A stretch of DNA of 39,903 nt from a virus (IMGVR_UViG_2654587728_000015), one strand, 5' to 3'. Positions 8,975-18,482 are shown, counted from the first letter of the stretch. The notes: generated by a model from the letters alone, not told the origin. Numbers and translations are program-made.

Positions 8975-10299
8975 TGCACTGGCACCTTCAGAGGGATCAC
9001 CGGCACAAAGCCGGGATGCGTAATGGCATTACGCCGGATAATGTCCGCATCACGCGCCGCGTTATCAAACCAGGTCGCCGCCAGCACCAGCGCGGGTAAA
9101 ACCTCATCCGGCGTGCGCTGAATGATCCGTGCAGACTGTTCAAGGCGCGTGTTGATATCCGCATTCAGATCTGCTTTCACCCGGCGCAGCGCCAGAAACA
9201 GCGCATCACTGGTTGTACGGGACAACTCCTTATCAATTGCCGTATTCAGTGTGTCGCGAATGTCAGTCAGTTCTTCCCACGTCGGCAGGTCAACTGTGTT
9301 TTTCACCGCCGGTGCATTGTTCAGTGCCGGATGCGTGACGGAAGGCCAGCCAGTGCTCTGCGCAGGTGTTGTTGCCTGCCCCACTGCGGAATTCTGCATC
9401 ACCGCGGAAGTTGTTGGCGCAGGCAATCGGGTGACGGCATACGCCGCTTCGCTGATTGCGGTCGTACGAAGGGTGCTGGCAACCACGTTACGCTGCTGCG
9501 TCGCCGTGGCGGTGGTTTTACTGTCCGTTTTCCAGACGCCGCGCGGTTGCAGATCGCTGCCGAGGCTGACACCGGAAAGCGTTTTGATCATGGTGACCAG
9601 GTCGCTGGCGTTACCATAAAGGCGTTTCCCGGTACGCCACATTTTCTGCACCTGCTCAACGAAATTTTTGCCTGACGATGGCGGCGGCAGAAGTACCGAG
9701 ATATCCCCCTGCAACAGCCTGGCGGCATCCGATACGGCAGAATCCACCACTTTCATCGCATCAGAAACATACCCCAGCATTATGCTGGCATTACCGATAA
9801 CGTCGTTCTGCACGAAATCCGCCACGCCATCGATACTGAAACCGCTGAAGCTGTCACTGATGCAGTCATCCAGTGCAGAACAGGATGACATCAGCGTCTG
9901 CGCCGTCGCCGCACCTGATGTGGGGTAAGAGAGTTCTCCTGCTTCGACAAACTTCAGGTCAAAGCGGACAATACGCCCTTCACTTTTCGATGTGCTGACC
10001 CGAACTTCCCCGTCAACACAGACTTTCAGCTCACCATATGTCGGGTGGACAAGCGTGCCGGGACCGGGTTTATTCAGCGCTTCAATCAGGCGATCGCGCT
10101 GGTCAAAGCAGTCATCTCCCACCACATAAGCTGTGATGGACGGGCGGAAAGTGACTTTTCCCAGATCTTCGGTATAGGGCTTGTCGCGGTTCGGGTATTC
10201 ATGTGTTTCCACACGGCGACCGGTTCCCGCACTTTCTTCTTCAACCTTAAACGGTACGCCGCGAAATGACGCATCCTGAAGCCTGTCTTTCCACGTCAT
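8971..10299 (-). CDS. Tail/DNA circulation protein (Mu gp43-like)
   Basis: 442-aa ORF immediately downstream (in transcription order) of tape measure region; N-terminus MTWKDRLQDASFRGVPF typical of this family. Confidence 0.7.
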   Translation of the reverse strand: MTWKDRLQDASFRGVPFKVEEESAGTGRRVETHEYPNRDKPYTEDLGKVTFRPSITAYVVGDDCFDQRDRLIEALNKPGPGTLVHPTYGELKVCVDGEVRVSTSKSEGRIVRFDLKFVEAGELSYPTSGAATAQTLMSSCSALDDCISDSFSGFSIDGVADFVQNDVIGNASIMLGYVSDAMKVVDSAVSDAARLLQGDISVLLPPPSSGKNFVEQVQKMWRTGKRLYGNASDLVTMIKTLSGVSLGSDLQPRGVWKTDSKTTATATQQRNVVASTLRTTAISEAAYAVTRLPAPTTSAVMQNSAVGQATTPAQSTGWPSVTHPALNNAPAVKNTVDLPTWEELTDIRDTLNTAIDKELSRTTSDALFLALRRVKADLNADINTRLEQSARIIQRTPDEVLPALVLAATWFDNAARDADIIRRNAITHPGFVPVIPLKVPVQ

Positions 10300-10314
10300 A
10301 TAAACTCCGGATAC

Positions 10315-10370
10315 AAAAAACCCGCCAAATCTGCTTTGTCAGTTATTTACATCGCAGAAGATGTGGCGGG
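10315..10370 (-). terminator. Candidate terminator after the moron gene (imperfect long hairpin CCCGCC...GGCGGG followed by TTTTTT on minus strand)
   Basis: GC-rich imperfect inverted repeat plus 6-T run between moron stop (10390) and gp43-like start (10299). Confidence 0.35.
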
Positions 10371-10389
10371 AACCTAATATTTTTAATTA

Positions 10390-10884
10390 CTATCTGAGTT
10401 GAACATCAATGGAATAAATATCACCACTCTTTATAAATTTAGAATCTGTCCTTTCATCAAAAGATTCAAATGACTGTACCTTTAAAAACTTTTTCATTTT
10501 ATTTTCAAAAATACTTTCATTAACACCAGTTAAATACTTGAACGCTCTACCAGCAAGGACCTCATTACTTAAATCCATTGTGTTTTTATTGTCTTTGAAA
10601 AACCAAACAATAACCTTTTGTGGGCATGATGGATTATAAACAGATATATAAAACTGCGGCTCATATTTTTCATCAGCGTCATCACTAAGCATTTCTTCAG
10701 AAGATAATTCTCTTCTGAATTCATATTGCCGCTTAGTTATTCCTTCATCCTTTATTATCTCTTGCTTAACTGGTGCAATACCTATAGAAGAGATTAATTC
10801 TGACTCATTAAAGCTGAACTTACACTCCTCCGCGGCCAAGTTAAAAGATAAAAGTGCAGATATAAAAAAAACAAAGATACGCAT
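10390..10884 (-). CDS. AT-rich moron: secreted/periplasmic protein of unknown function with N-terminal signal peptide
   Basis: ORF 10390..10902 with best RBS at internal ATG 10884 (MRIFVFFISALLSFNLAAEE...); hydrophobic signal peptide without lipobox; strongly AT-rich relative to flanking tail genes. Confidence 0.7.
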   Translation of the reverse strand: MRIFVFFISALLSFNLAAEECKFSFNESELISSIGIAPVKQEIIKDEGITKRQYEFRRELSSEEMLSDDADEKYEPQFYISVYNPSCPQKVIVWFFKDNKNTMDLSNEVLAGRAFKYLTGVNESIFENKMKKFLKVQSFESFDERTDSKFIKSGDIYSIDVQLR

Positions 10885-10904
10885 AATCATCCCTTCAATC
10901 ATTT

Positions 10905-10945
10905 GTAAGGAATGATTATATTAACTACTTAAAGCTGAAAACCCA
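10905..10945 (-). promoter_or_regulatory. Candidate moron promoter (perfect TATAAT -10 on minus strand ~25 nt upstream of RBS; weak -35)
   Basis: TATAAT hexamer (plus-strand ATTATA at ~10915..10920) in AT-rich intergenic region between tape measure stop and moron start. Confidence 0.3.
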
Positions 10946-10983
10946 AATTATGCCAGACAAAAACACATTAATCATTTTGTACA

Positions 10984-12816
10984 CTACCTGAACCGCGTAT
11001 AGCCAACATCATGGCTGACATCAAAACCGCTGGATCGCGTTTCCATAACCCGCATACCCGGAGGCGAATTCACAAAAGATACCTTGATCTCACCATCAAC
11101 TTTTGGCACAGAAGCTTTGTTAATCATGAAGGGATTCGAGCCTGTGGCATCGGAGGCGTTGTTTGCCTGAGCCGGATCCACCACCGGATAAGGAGTGTAT
11201 CCCCGTGGCGGTATTCCCGTCCCATAAGCATCATAAGCACCCGCGCCCCACTGCGCCGAGTTAATGGCATCGACCGTGTCACCGGAACTGTCGGTAAACC
11301 ATTCAATAATCGGCTTCAGCTTATCCCACATATCCTGAAACCACTTAACAACCGGTCCCCAGTTATTGATCACCATCCCAAGCGGCGACCAGGCAAAAAC
11401 CTTCTTCAGAAGTTCCCAGCCTGCCTCAAAATAAGGACCAATGGTTTCCCAGAGCTTCTTGAAATAAGGTCCGACAACATCCCAGTTAGTGATAATTAAT
11501 CCCGCAGCCAGAGCAATCGCCGTCGCAATCATGCCAATCGGCGTCATCGACATAATCCTGCTGACAATACTGATGGCACTGCCCACGCCCATCAATCCCA
11601 GTTTCAGAATCGCAAGACCGGCAGCAAGCCCGACGACGCCGCGAATAACCCGGGGATTTTCATCCGCAAACTTCGTGAATTTCTCCCCCAACTCCCCCAG
11701 CCATTGTGTGATATTTTTAGCGTCACCAGAAAATGCGCCGCCAATAGCCGCAAGGCCGTTAGTTGCGGTCCCTGTCATTGCCTCCCACAGGTTGGACAGC
11801 GTACCAAGCTGTGCCTGAACACGTTTATTCAGGCTGGCCTGTTTATTCATCTTCTGCTGGATCTGATCGTAGCCATCCTTTCCTTTATCGATTAGTGCAT
11901 TGACCACCTGAAGGGTTTCGGCATCATCACCAAATATTGCCTTAAGTACACCTGTTCGCTTAACGTCGGTCAGTTTTCGCAGCTTTGCCAGTTGCCTGAA
12001 CATGTTATCAAGACCGCCAAAACTTCCTTTGCCGTCAGTAAAATCGAGCTGTACCCCGAGTTTCTGGCGGGCCATAACTTTATTAACGTCCCTGATTTTC
12101 TTAACGCTTAATCCGGACTGGATAACTTTTCGCAGGGCATTACCTGCCGACTCCCCGTTCATCCCCATCTGATCCATCATGACGCTGATGGGGGCAAGGC
12201 TCTGTGCAGCCTGAAGACCGTCCTTGTTCACCATCTTCAGAACAGAACTGGTTTTAGTGAAGAAGGACAACATGTTGGTATCGTCAACGCCCAGATAAAA
12301 CGCCTTCTGGATAGTGTCGAACAGCCCCATCATGTCTTCTGACGCCGTTCCGGTAGCATCCTGCATCTTTGCAGCAAACTCAGCAGCCGCTTCCGGTGTT
12401 TTTTTCAGTTGTACCGCAAGATAAGCTGTCGCTTTACCCACACCGCCAAGAATGTTTTCTGCCGGGATCCCCTGACGCACCAGCATCTGCATCATGTTCT
12501 GGAAATCAGCCGTTGTACCGGGTAGCTGGTTACCCAGGCCAATAGCCAGTTTATTGATGTCCTGAAAGCGCTTTCCAACCTCGCCGTTCGCATCCATCAT
12601 GGCGACTTTCAGCCCGGTGGCGGCGTTTTCCTGATCGGCATAAGATTTCAGGGAAAGCGTCAGACCCGCTGCCAGTCCGCCACCAAGCGCCAGCCCACCC
12701 TGTGACGCTTCTTCCGCCTGGCGTTTAAATCCCCGGATTTTCTTTTGCATTTTCGACAGCGCGGGAGAAAGCCTGTCGACACCGGTGATCAACGCCTTAA
12801 GCTCAAATTCCGCCAT
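10984..12816 (-). CDS. Tail tape measure protein
   Basis: 610-aa ORF with long helical N-terminal part and glycine/hydrophobic C-terminal region; follows tail chaperone with frameshift. Confidence 0.85.
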   Translation of the reverse strand: MAEFELKALITGVDRLSPALSKMQKKIRGFKRQAEEASQGGLALGGGLAAGLTLSLKSYADQENAATGLKVAMMDANGEVGKRFQDINKLAIGLGNQLPGTTADFQNMMQMLVRQGIPAENILGGVGKATAYLAVQLKKTPEAAAEFAAKMQDATGTASEDMMGLFDTIQKAFYLGVDDTNMLSFFTKTSSVLKMVNKDGLQAAQSLAPISVMMDQMGMNGESAGNALRKVIQSGLSVKKIRDVNKVMARQKLGVQLDFTDGKGSFGGLDNMFRQLAKLRKLTDVKRTGVLKAIFGDDAETLQVVNALIDKGKDGYDQIQQKMNKQASLNKRVQAQLGTLSNLWEAMTGTATNGLAAIGGAFSGDAKNITQWLGELGEKFTKFADENPRVIRGVVGLAAGLAILKLGLMGVGSAISIVSRIMSMTPIGMIATAIALAAGLIITNWDVVGPYFKKLWETIGPYFEAGWELLKKVFAWSPLGMVINNWGPVVKWFQDMWDKLKPIIEWFTDSSGDTVDAINSAQWGAGAYDAYGTGIPPRGYTPYPVVDPAQANNASDATGSNPFMINKASVPKVDGEIKVSFVNSPPGMRVMETRSSGFDVSHDVGYTRFR

Positions 12817-13227
12817 GTGTGCGTTTCTCCTGCTCTATCCTGTTTGCCTGACTGACCAGTAAGGGAATTTCACTGATCGGCATATTCAGCAATTCGAAAG
12901 GATTAATGCGCCAGTAGCTGGCGCAGTCAAAGAAGCGATCAGTGAGGTATTCAGCCGTCAGGCCTGGAGGAAAAAACCAGCCACAAGCCACGCCGCTGCA
13001 TTCAGGTCTGCCGGAGACATCTGGTCGACAGAGCTTTGCGGCACTTTCGCCAGCCGCACAATGTATTTCGACACCACATGTGCCAGAAGTCTGACGGACT
13101 CATCCTGATTCATCTGGTAGGGATACCCCAGCTCGCGGACATCCTTCCCGGTGGGCTCATCAAACTCCAGTACGGAGAGTGTCTCACCATGAGCGATAAT
13201 CGGTTTCTTTAACTCAAGCTCTTTCAT
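12803..13227 (-). CDS. Tail assembly chaperone, predicted -1 frameshift-extended form (GT-like)
   Basis: -1 frame ORF 12803..12991 overlaps the 3' end of the chaperone gene and the tape-measure start; fusion reads ...GWFF then PPGLTAEY... Confidence 0.6.
12958..13227 (-). CDS. Tail assembly chaperone (short form; lambda G / Mu gp41 analog)
   Basis: 89-aa ORF between tail tube and tape measure genes; ends at slippery site. Confidence 0.8.
   Translation of the reverse strand: MKELELKKPIIAHGETLSVLEFDEPTGKDVRELGYPYQMNQDESVRLLAHVVSKYIVRLAKVPQSSVDQMSPADLNAAAWLVAGFFLQA
12970..12976 (-). other. Programmed -1 ribosomal frameshift slippery heptamer T_TTT_TTC
   Basis: Minus-strand sequence GCT GGT TTT TTC CTC; 0-frame encodes ...AGFFLQA*, -1 frame encodes FFPPGLT; matches X_XXY_YYZ. 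Confidence 0.65.
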
Positions 13228-13583
13228 TACTGGTAATCCCCTTCTTCACCGTGGAACTCAAGATCAACCGTGCCTTCTTCGGCATTATGGTTCGCTTCGC
13301 CGTGCAGCCAGGCGGACGACAATACATAGACCTGACCGTTCGCCAGCTCGGCAGTGATGGTCATCTCATCAGACGAGGTGATTTTGCTCACCGGAAAATT
13401 CTTCGGCACCTTGAAGGTCCCTTTGACATAAGGCGCACGGTGAGTTTCCTTGCGGTCCACTGAACCGTCCAGGCCGATGATGTCATCATTGACCGTCCTG
13501 TTCATGGGCACCTCAATGCCGCCGGTCAGCGATAGCTGTTGACCGTCAATTTTGAAATAACAGGTTCCCCCGATACGGGCCAT
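13227..13583 (-). CDS. Tail tube protein (Mu gp40-like)
   Basis: 118-aa ORF immediately after sheath gene. Confidence 0.8.
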   Translation of the reverse strand: MARIGGTCYFKIDGQQLSLTGGIEVPMNRTVNDDIIGLDGSVDRKETHRAPYVKGTFKVPKNFPVSKITSSDEMTITAELANGQVYVLSSAWLHGEANHNAEEGTVDLEFHGEEGDYQ

Positions 13584-15079
13584 TATGCAGACTCCTCTGA
13601 ATACTGAAGACGGAACTGGTTAACCACGGCAAAAACACGCAACTGGTTAACATAGTCAGGCGGGAACAGCGTGTTCAGGCGGTTCGGATCGCTGGCATCA
13701 CGCTCCACAACCAGGTACTGCTTAAACAGTTCGTAGTTTTCCACGATCCCCGCACGCTCAAGCTGACGGTAGGTTGCCAGCAGTTCCCCTTTGATCACCG
13801 CCGGTGTGACAATCGCCTGACCGGGACCAAAGCGGGTACCGTCGCTGGCAAGCTTGTGACGCCCGTACTTACTGGTAATGACGGATTTCAGTTTGCGCAG
13901 CACATACGCGCTGGTATGCAGCGTCTCGCTGTCGAGGTAGCTGTTATCCGCAACACCGTAAGCGTTTTTCCTGTACGTGGTGACATCACGCTGAATGCGC
14001 AGCACCCCGCTTTCGACATACGCCGTTGCCACGCCATGAGACAGCAGGGTCTGTTGTTCGGTCATCGTGAACCGTTTCCCCTTCGGCGCAGGCAGCATAC
14101 CCACCAGCTCACCGGTCTGCGTGGGACGTGCCGGATCGTTGCGAATAAACACCGCTGCGCGGGCGGTACGGCTTGCCGCCAGCTCATCGGCAGGCGTCTG
14201 GGTGTCTTTTTCGTACCCAGCCAGGGTAATGTGCTGCTGGTTAAACTGGTCACCTGCGGTCACCAGTTCTGACAGCGTGCCGATCTTTGCCGTATACACA
14301 TGACCATACAGCTGACGCGCATAGCTCCAGCGACCGCTGGTATCGTTCATCTCGGTCACCAGCGTGTTAACGGAGGCCGTGTCGTTGAACGGCAGACCGA
14401 TATAATCAAACGGCTCATCCGCCATTGCAGCCACCGCGCCGGTGAGAACCGGAGCGCCCGTTCCGGCGGTCCCCGTCGCCACGGCAATCTGTACGCCCGC
14501 TGGCAGCACTTCGCCCCCACCGAAGCCGTAGTAATTGAGGCTGACAGGAATTTCATTCCCGCAAAGCCCCTTATGACGCGCGGTCAGTGTGACCACGCCT
14601 GCCGAAGATGAGGCAGTAAACGGCAGGGCCGGAACGGCATTGATGGCATCCTGGATACTGCTGGCAATCGTCGCGACGTTATCGCCGTTGGTCACCGGAG
14701 CCTGCACGCGGGTACGTCCCACATAGACATTCACCGTGCCGGTTTCGGTTGCCGCCCCGGTCACCGTCAGCGTAACCGTTGCCGCCGCGCCTGTGGCTTC
14801 CGGAACGGCAATCACATACAGCTCACCAAACGGGTCGGTCTGGCGATAAGCCTCGACCATACGCGCCAGCTGACTTCCCGCACCACAAATCTGGCGTGCA
14901 TAGTCTGCCGACGGCATCAGCACCAGACTGTTGGCAACAATCTCTGCACCGTTATTGGCGTGACCAATCAGCAACGATGCCCCGCTGTCCTGTGCAGTAT
15001 TCGCCGCCTGGTTATCCATTTCCGCATAAAACAGCGGAACCAGCGTATTCGACGGAATGGTGTTAAAGCTTATCGTCAT
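13583..15079 (-). CDS. Contractile tail sheath protein (Mu L-like)
   Basis: 498-aa ORF preceding tube gene; size and position typical of sheath. Confidence 0.85.
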   Translation of the reverse strand: MTISFNTIPSNTLVPLFYAEMDNQAANTAQDSGASLLIGHANNGAEIVANSLVLMPSADYARQICGAGSQLARMVEAYRQTDPFGELYVIAVPEATGAAATVTLTVTGAATETGTVNVYVGRTRVQAPVTNGDNVATIASSIQDAINAVPALPFTASSSAGVVTLTARHKGLCGNEIPVSLNYYGFGGGEVLPAGVQIAVATGTAGTGAPVLTGAVAAMADEPFDYIGLPFNDTASVNTLVTEMNDTSGRWSYARQLYGHVYTAKIGTLSELVTAGDQFNQQHITLAGYEKDTQTPADELAASRTARAAVFIRNDPARPTQTGELVGMLPAPKGKRFTMTEQQTLLSHGVATAYVESGVLRIQRDVTTYRKNAYGVADNSYLDSETLHTSAYVLRKLKSVITSKYGRHKLASDGTRFGPGQAIVTPAVIKGELLATYRQLERAGIVENYELFKQYLVVERDASDPNRLNTLFPPDYVNQLRVFAVVNQFRLQYSEESA

Positions 15080-15241
15080 CGGTGTTCACCTTTTTATTCA
15101 CGCGCCGGATATCACCCGCTACTTCACGGCGCAGCCAGTAGTTGTTCTCGTCAACATTTCGCCCTTCGGCGGGCAAAAGGTCGCCGCGGGCAGGGTCAGG
15201 AACTGACCGCCCTTTAACAGGTTTGACAAACATGAGGATCC

Positions 15242-15802
15242 TCAGGAAGGAAGGGTTATTTCGATGTGATGTTCGATATCGCCGTCAGGCCCGTTACCGG
15301 GCTCGAGATAATCAACATCAATCGCCAGCGTTTGCAGTTCATCCAGACTGTTCAGATCATCCTGCTGGCGGGTATCGTCTTCAGTCAGCTCGCTGATGAC
15401 CGAAAAATCGAACTGATAAATCAGCTCATGACGATTCAGATCCAGCAGCGTGCCGCCGTCATAGGTAATCGGGTTACCGCACGCTTCCGGGTTCCAGCCC
15501 AGCAGGGCCTTAAAGAGCATCTGCCGGACATCGTCCACCACATCATACGAGGCAAACTGACCGCGCTCATCACGCCCGTTACTCAGTATGACAACCACGG
15601 AGAAGCCCTCTTTCAGCTCCTGCCAGTAGTCGGTCTGGCTTTTGTTTTCTCCCGGAGAGTCATCACCCGGTACCACATACGCCGCCGGGAGTCTCAGCTT
15701 TCCGACCTCCGGCAGATTTTTGAACTGTGCCGCGCCTGCCACCCGGTTTTCAAAATACGGGCAGCGGGCACGCAGCGCAGCAATAACAGGCGTCAGTTTC
15801 AT
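15242..15802 (-). CDS. Virion morphogenesis / tail completion protein (Mu gp38-like)
   Basis: 186-aa ORF upstream of sheath gene in structural operon. Confidence 0.55.
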   Translation of the reverse strand: MKLTPVIAALRARCPYFENRVAGAAQFKNLPEVGKLRLPAAYVVPGDDSPGENKSQTDYWQELKEGFSVVVILSNGRDERGQFASYDVVDDVRQMLFKALLGWNPEACGNPITYDGGTLLDLNRHELIYQFDFSVISELTEDDTRQQDDLNSLDELQTLAIDVDYLEPGNGPDGDIEHHIEITLPS

Positions 15803-16305
15803 CTGTGTCGTCGCTCCGGCTTCAGTGATTTACGCAATTCCCGCGCCAGAAAATAGCGTGTCCAGCTGCGGTTCTTTTCAAGCGTTTCCACCATGAAGTT
15901 ATTACGTGGAGCCAGTCGCCAGCCGCTGCCACCGGATGCACCACGATGATGACTACGACGACGTTTTGCTCCTCCCCGGACACCAAAAAACAGAAATGCC
16001 GGATAGAAGTCACCAGAGATCATCCGGTTCCCCTTCCCGTTGCGCTGGTTAGGGGCAATGCGTGTCATAAAACCGGCTCTCTTTTTACTGGCTCTCGGCA
16101 CCATATAACCAATCGAACGAGCCAGGCGTCCGGTCTGATAACCGGGGTTTTCACCTGGTGCCGACCGCGCACGGCGCATCACCAGCCGACGGGCATCACG
16201 CATATGACGCTGCCCAATCGTGACAAACGCCCGCCGGACACGGGCGCGGTTAAAGCGCATCTCGGCGGGCTGCTGAACATCAACGTGAAAAAAGGGAGTC
16301 GCCAT
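15799..16305 (-). CDS. Virion morphogenesis protein (basic, arginine-rich; tail completion or head-tail joining)
   Basis: 168-aa ORF in structural operon between head-tail adaptor and tail genes. Confidence 0.5.
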   Translation of the reverse strand: MATPFFHVDVQQPAEMRFNRARVRRAFVTIGQRHMRDARRLVMRRARSAPGENPGYQTGRLARSIGYMVPRASKKRAGFMTRIAPNQRNGKGNRMISGDFYPAFLFFGVRGGAKRRRSHHRGASGGSGWRLAPRNNFMVETLEKNRSWTRYFLARELRKSLKPERRHR

Positions 16306-16690
16306 TGCTGCCTCCGTGACTCTGCCTACATTCGCCCAGCTCCGTACACTCCAGCAGCAGAAAGCGCCGCGCCCCGTTCAGATCACGCTGACGTTTCACC
16401 CGGTACACACTGTCATCACAGACCACCTCATAATCAGCAGTGATCCCCCGGCGGTAACGAATGGTGATGTAATGGGTGATGGCGTCCCCGGTCTGCGCGG
16501 TTTCCTGCCAGGTGGTGGCACTGGTCTGGATAACCTTCGCCCATGTCCGGAACGTAACCGGGTATTGAGACTCCACGCCAAAGTTATCCGCGGGCATATC
16601 CACCCGCTGGCGGATCAGGACGCGTTTATTCAGTTCACCGGGATCCGGCAGAATGTAGGTTGCGCTGGTCTGCGCCTGACGAATTTTCAT
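16280..16690 (-). CDS. Head-tail adaptor / head closure protein
   Basis: 136-aa ORF following connector-like gene in HK97-type order. Confidence 0.55.
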   Translation of the reverse strand: MKIRQAQTSATYILPDPGELNKRVLIRQRVDMPADNFGVESQYPVTFRTWAKVIQTSATTWQETAQTGDAITHYITIRYRRGITADYEVVCDDSVYRVKRQRDLNGARRFLLLECTELGECRQSHGGSNGDSLFSR

Positions 16691-17010
16691 TGCGGAAAGT
16701 ACCTGTACGGGCCGACAAGCCAGCCAAAACTCTGCGGCATGTCGAGTTTCTCCACTTCCGTAACCGACGAGCGGTTTTCGTAAAAATGGCTGATAAGCAT
16801 CAGCATCCCCAGACGAATATCATCCGACAGGTGCAGCCCGTCCGGATCGCTGTCCGGAATGGTTTCATCCGGTGCATAGAGCTTCCGGTTCAGATACGTT
16901 TCCGTCCGCTTTTGCGCCGCACAGGCCAGCAGTTGCAGATGGCGGTCATCAGCATCGAAATCCTCATCCAGCCGGAGTTGGGCTTTAATCTCTTCCATTG
17001 TCAGAAGCAT
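16687..17010 (-). CDS. Head-tail connector protein (HK97 gp6-like)
   Basis: 107-aa acidic protein directly after capsid region, typical gp6-like position. Confidence 0.6.
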   Translation of the reverse strand: MLLTMEEIKAQLRLDEDFDADDRHLQLLACAAQKRTETYLNRKLYAPDETIPDSDPDGLHLSDDIRLGMLMLISHFYENRSSVTEVEKLDMPQSFGWLVGPYRYFPQ

Positions 17011-17012
17011 AC

Positions 17013-17213
17013 TCAGCCCTCTTTACTGGTCGTGGCTTTTTTCTCTTTTGCTGCTTTACTGCTTTTTGTACTGGTTCCGCGCTCTGCTAACCCGGCCTGA
17101 AGTGCAATCTCCTGCACCCGGGCAGGAAGCGTCCCGTCGTCATACTCACCGGCCCGAATGACCTCAACACGCATACCGTCCGGTGACCATTTCAGATCTT
17201 GTTTCAGGATCAT
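17013..17213 (-). CDS. Small lysine/alanine-rich protein of unknown function (possible head decoration or scaffold-related)
   Basis: 66-aa ORF between major capsid and connector genes. Confidence 0.4.
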   Translation of the reverse strand: MILKQDLKWSPDGMRVEVIRAGEYDDGTLPARVQEIALQAGLAERGTSTKSSKAAKEKKATTSKEG

Positions 17214-17234
17214 GATTCTTCACCCGTCAGAACA

Positions 17235-17255
17235 GGGGGCGCGGTTCCGCGCCCC
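17235..17255 (-). other. GC-rich hairpin 8 nt downstream of major capsid stop (GGGGCGCGG-loop-CCGCGCCCC), no strong U-tract
   Basis: Inverted repeat read directly between MCP stop (17263) and next start (17213). Confidence 0.35.
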
Positions 17256-17262
17256 TGAATGA

Positions 17263-18468
17263 TTACGCCGCTGCAATCTTCAGCAGTTTGATGGCCTGCG
17301 AATCGACCAGCATCCCGCCGGTGCGCTTGGTGGTATAAAAACCGACAAACGGTTTATTGGTGTACGGGTCACGCAGAATGCGGGTGCCGATACGGTCAAC
17401 GATGGTGTAACCCCGTTTGAAGTTACCAAATGCAATGGCTTTCGCATCAGCGGCGATATCCGGCATCTGTTCGTTTTCAGCGATACCGTAACCCGCCAGA
17501 GAGGACGGCTGCCCCAGTTCCAGCCCAGGACGCCACAGATAGTTACCCTCGGTGTCTTTCAGCAGACGGATGGCAAACAGGCTGTTGTTGTTCATCATGA
17601 ACTTCGCGCCAGTGCGGTGTGCCTTTCGCAGCGTGTAAATCAGTTTGATAATGGCGTCTGCGGTCACCGCAGTCGCGTCGCCGGATACAATATGCTGAAG
17701 TTTGCCGAACGCCCGGACCTTATCGGTTTCATCAGTGGACTCATACGCCAGGAACCCTTTCGGCTTCTTGGTGCCATCGCCGGAGGTAAAGGCAATTTCT
17801 TCCTGTTCGGCAAATTCGGTTGCCAGCTCGCTGTTGATCCAGGCCTCCACGTTGAAGAATGCATCGTCCAGCATTTTCTGGGTAGCCTGCGGGTTGCCGT
17901 AGATTTCCCCCATGAGAGGTTCAATCAGCTCCAGTCTGGAGGTGGCAGTCTGGGATCGCGTATCCGTTTCCCCCACCCATCCGGAAGCCGTACCGCCCAG
18001 ATTCACCAGTTTTTTGTAGTCGGAACCGCCAACGGTGATCACCGTGGCTTCCTGACGCATCACCACTTCATCTTTCAGCAGGTTAAGAATGTTGCGATCC
18101 AGTTCTTCCGGCACGGCGTAGCCACCGTCTTCATCGGTGCCCACCTGCAATGCCTTACGCTCCAGATCGCGCAGACCGTCTTCACGGCCTTTACGCAGGA
18201 AGCCCACAAACGCCTCTTTATGCTCGGTGGCCAGTTTATTTTGCGCTCCACCTGCCGGACGTTTCAGCTCAAGCAGCTCTTTTTCAAGGTCGCTTTTGAG
18301 ATTTTCCAGCTCGCTGAGTTTTCCGTTCAGGGTTTCCACCTGCCCGGCAAGTTTGCCTTTTTCCTGCTCAATCGCCTCAACGCGCTTGTCGTTCTTTGCT
18401 TTGAAGTCGTCAAACTTCTGCTGCAGCTCCTGCGCGACCTGTTCGACATCTTTAATATCAACCGCCAT
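17263..18468 (-). CDS. Major capsid protein, HK97 fold
   Basis: 401-aa ORF with coiled N-terminal delta-like region followed by capsid domain; follows prohead protease; SD AGGAG 7 nt upstream. Confidence 0.9.
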   Translation of the reverse strand: MAVDIKDVEQVAQELQQKFDDFKAKNDKRVEAIEQEKGKLAGQVETLNGKLSELENLKSDLEKELLELKRPAGGAQNKLATEHKEAFVGFLRKGREDGLRDLERKALQVGTDEDGGYAVPEELDRNILNLLKDEVVMRQEATVITVGGSDYKKLVNLGGTASGWVGETDTRSQTATSRLELIEPLMGEIYGNPQATQKMLDDAFFNVEAWINSELATEFAEQEEIAFTSGDGTKKPKGFLAYESTDETDKVRAFGKLQHIVSGDATAVTADAIIKLIYTLRKAHRTGAKFMMNNNSLFAIRLLKDTEGNYLWRPGLELGQPSSLAGYGIAENEQMPDIAADAKAIAFGNFKRGYTIVDRIGTRILRDPYTNKPFVGFYTTKRTGGMLVDSQAIKLLKIAAA

Positions 18469-18482
18469 CGTATTTCTCCTGA

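Noticed and set aside
8083-10274. Multiple ORFs of 60-165 aa on both strands inside gp44/gp43-like genes (e.g. 9122..9619, 9331..9675)
   Set aside because: All overlap the large structural genes in other frames, lack RBS and are arginine/proline-rich as expected for GC-rich off-frame translation
12803-12991. 62-aa ORF listed as a separate minus-strand gene
   Set aside because: Not an independent gene: starts with GTG in the -1 frame exactly at the slippery site and is the frameshift extension of the tail chaperone
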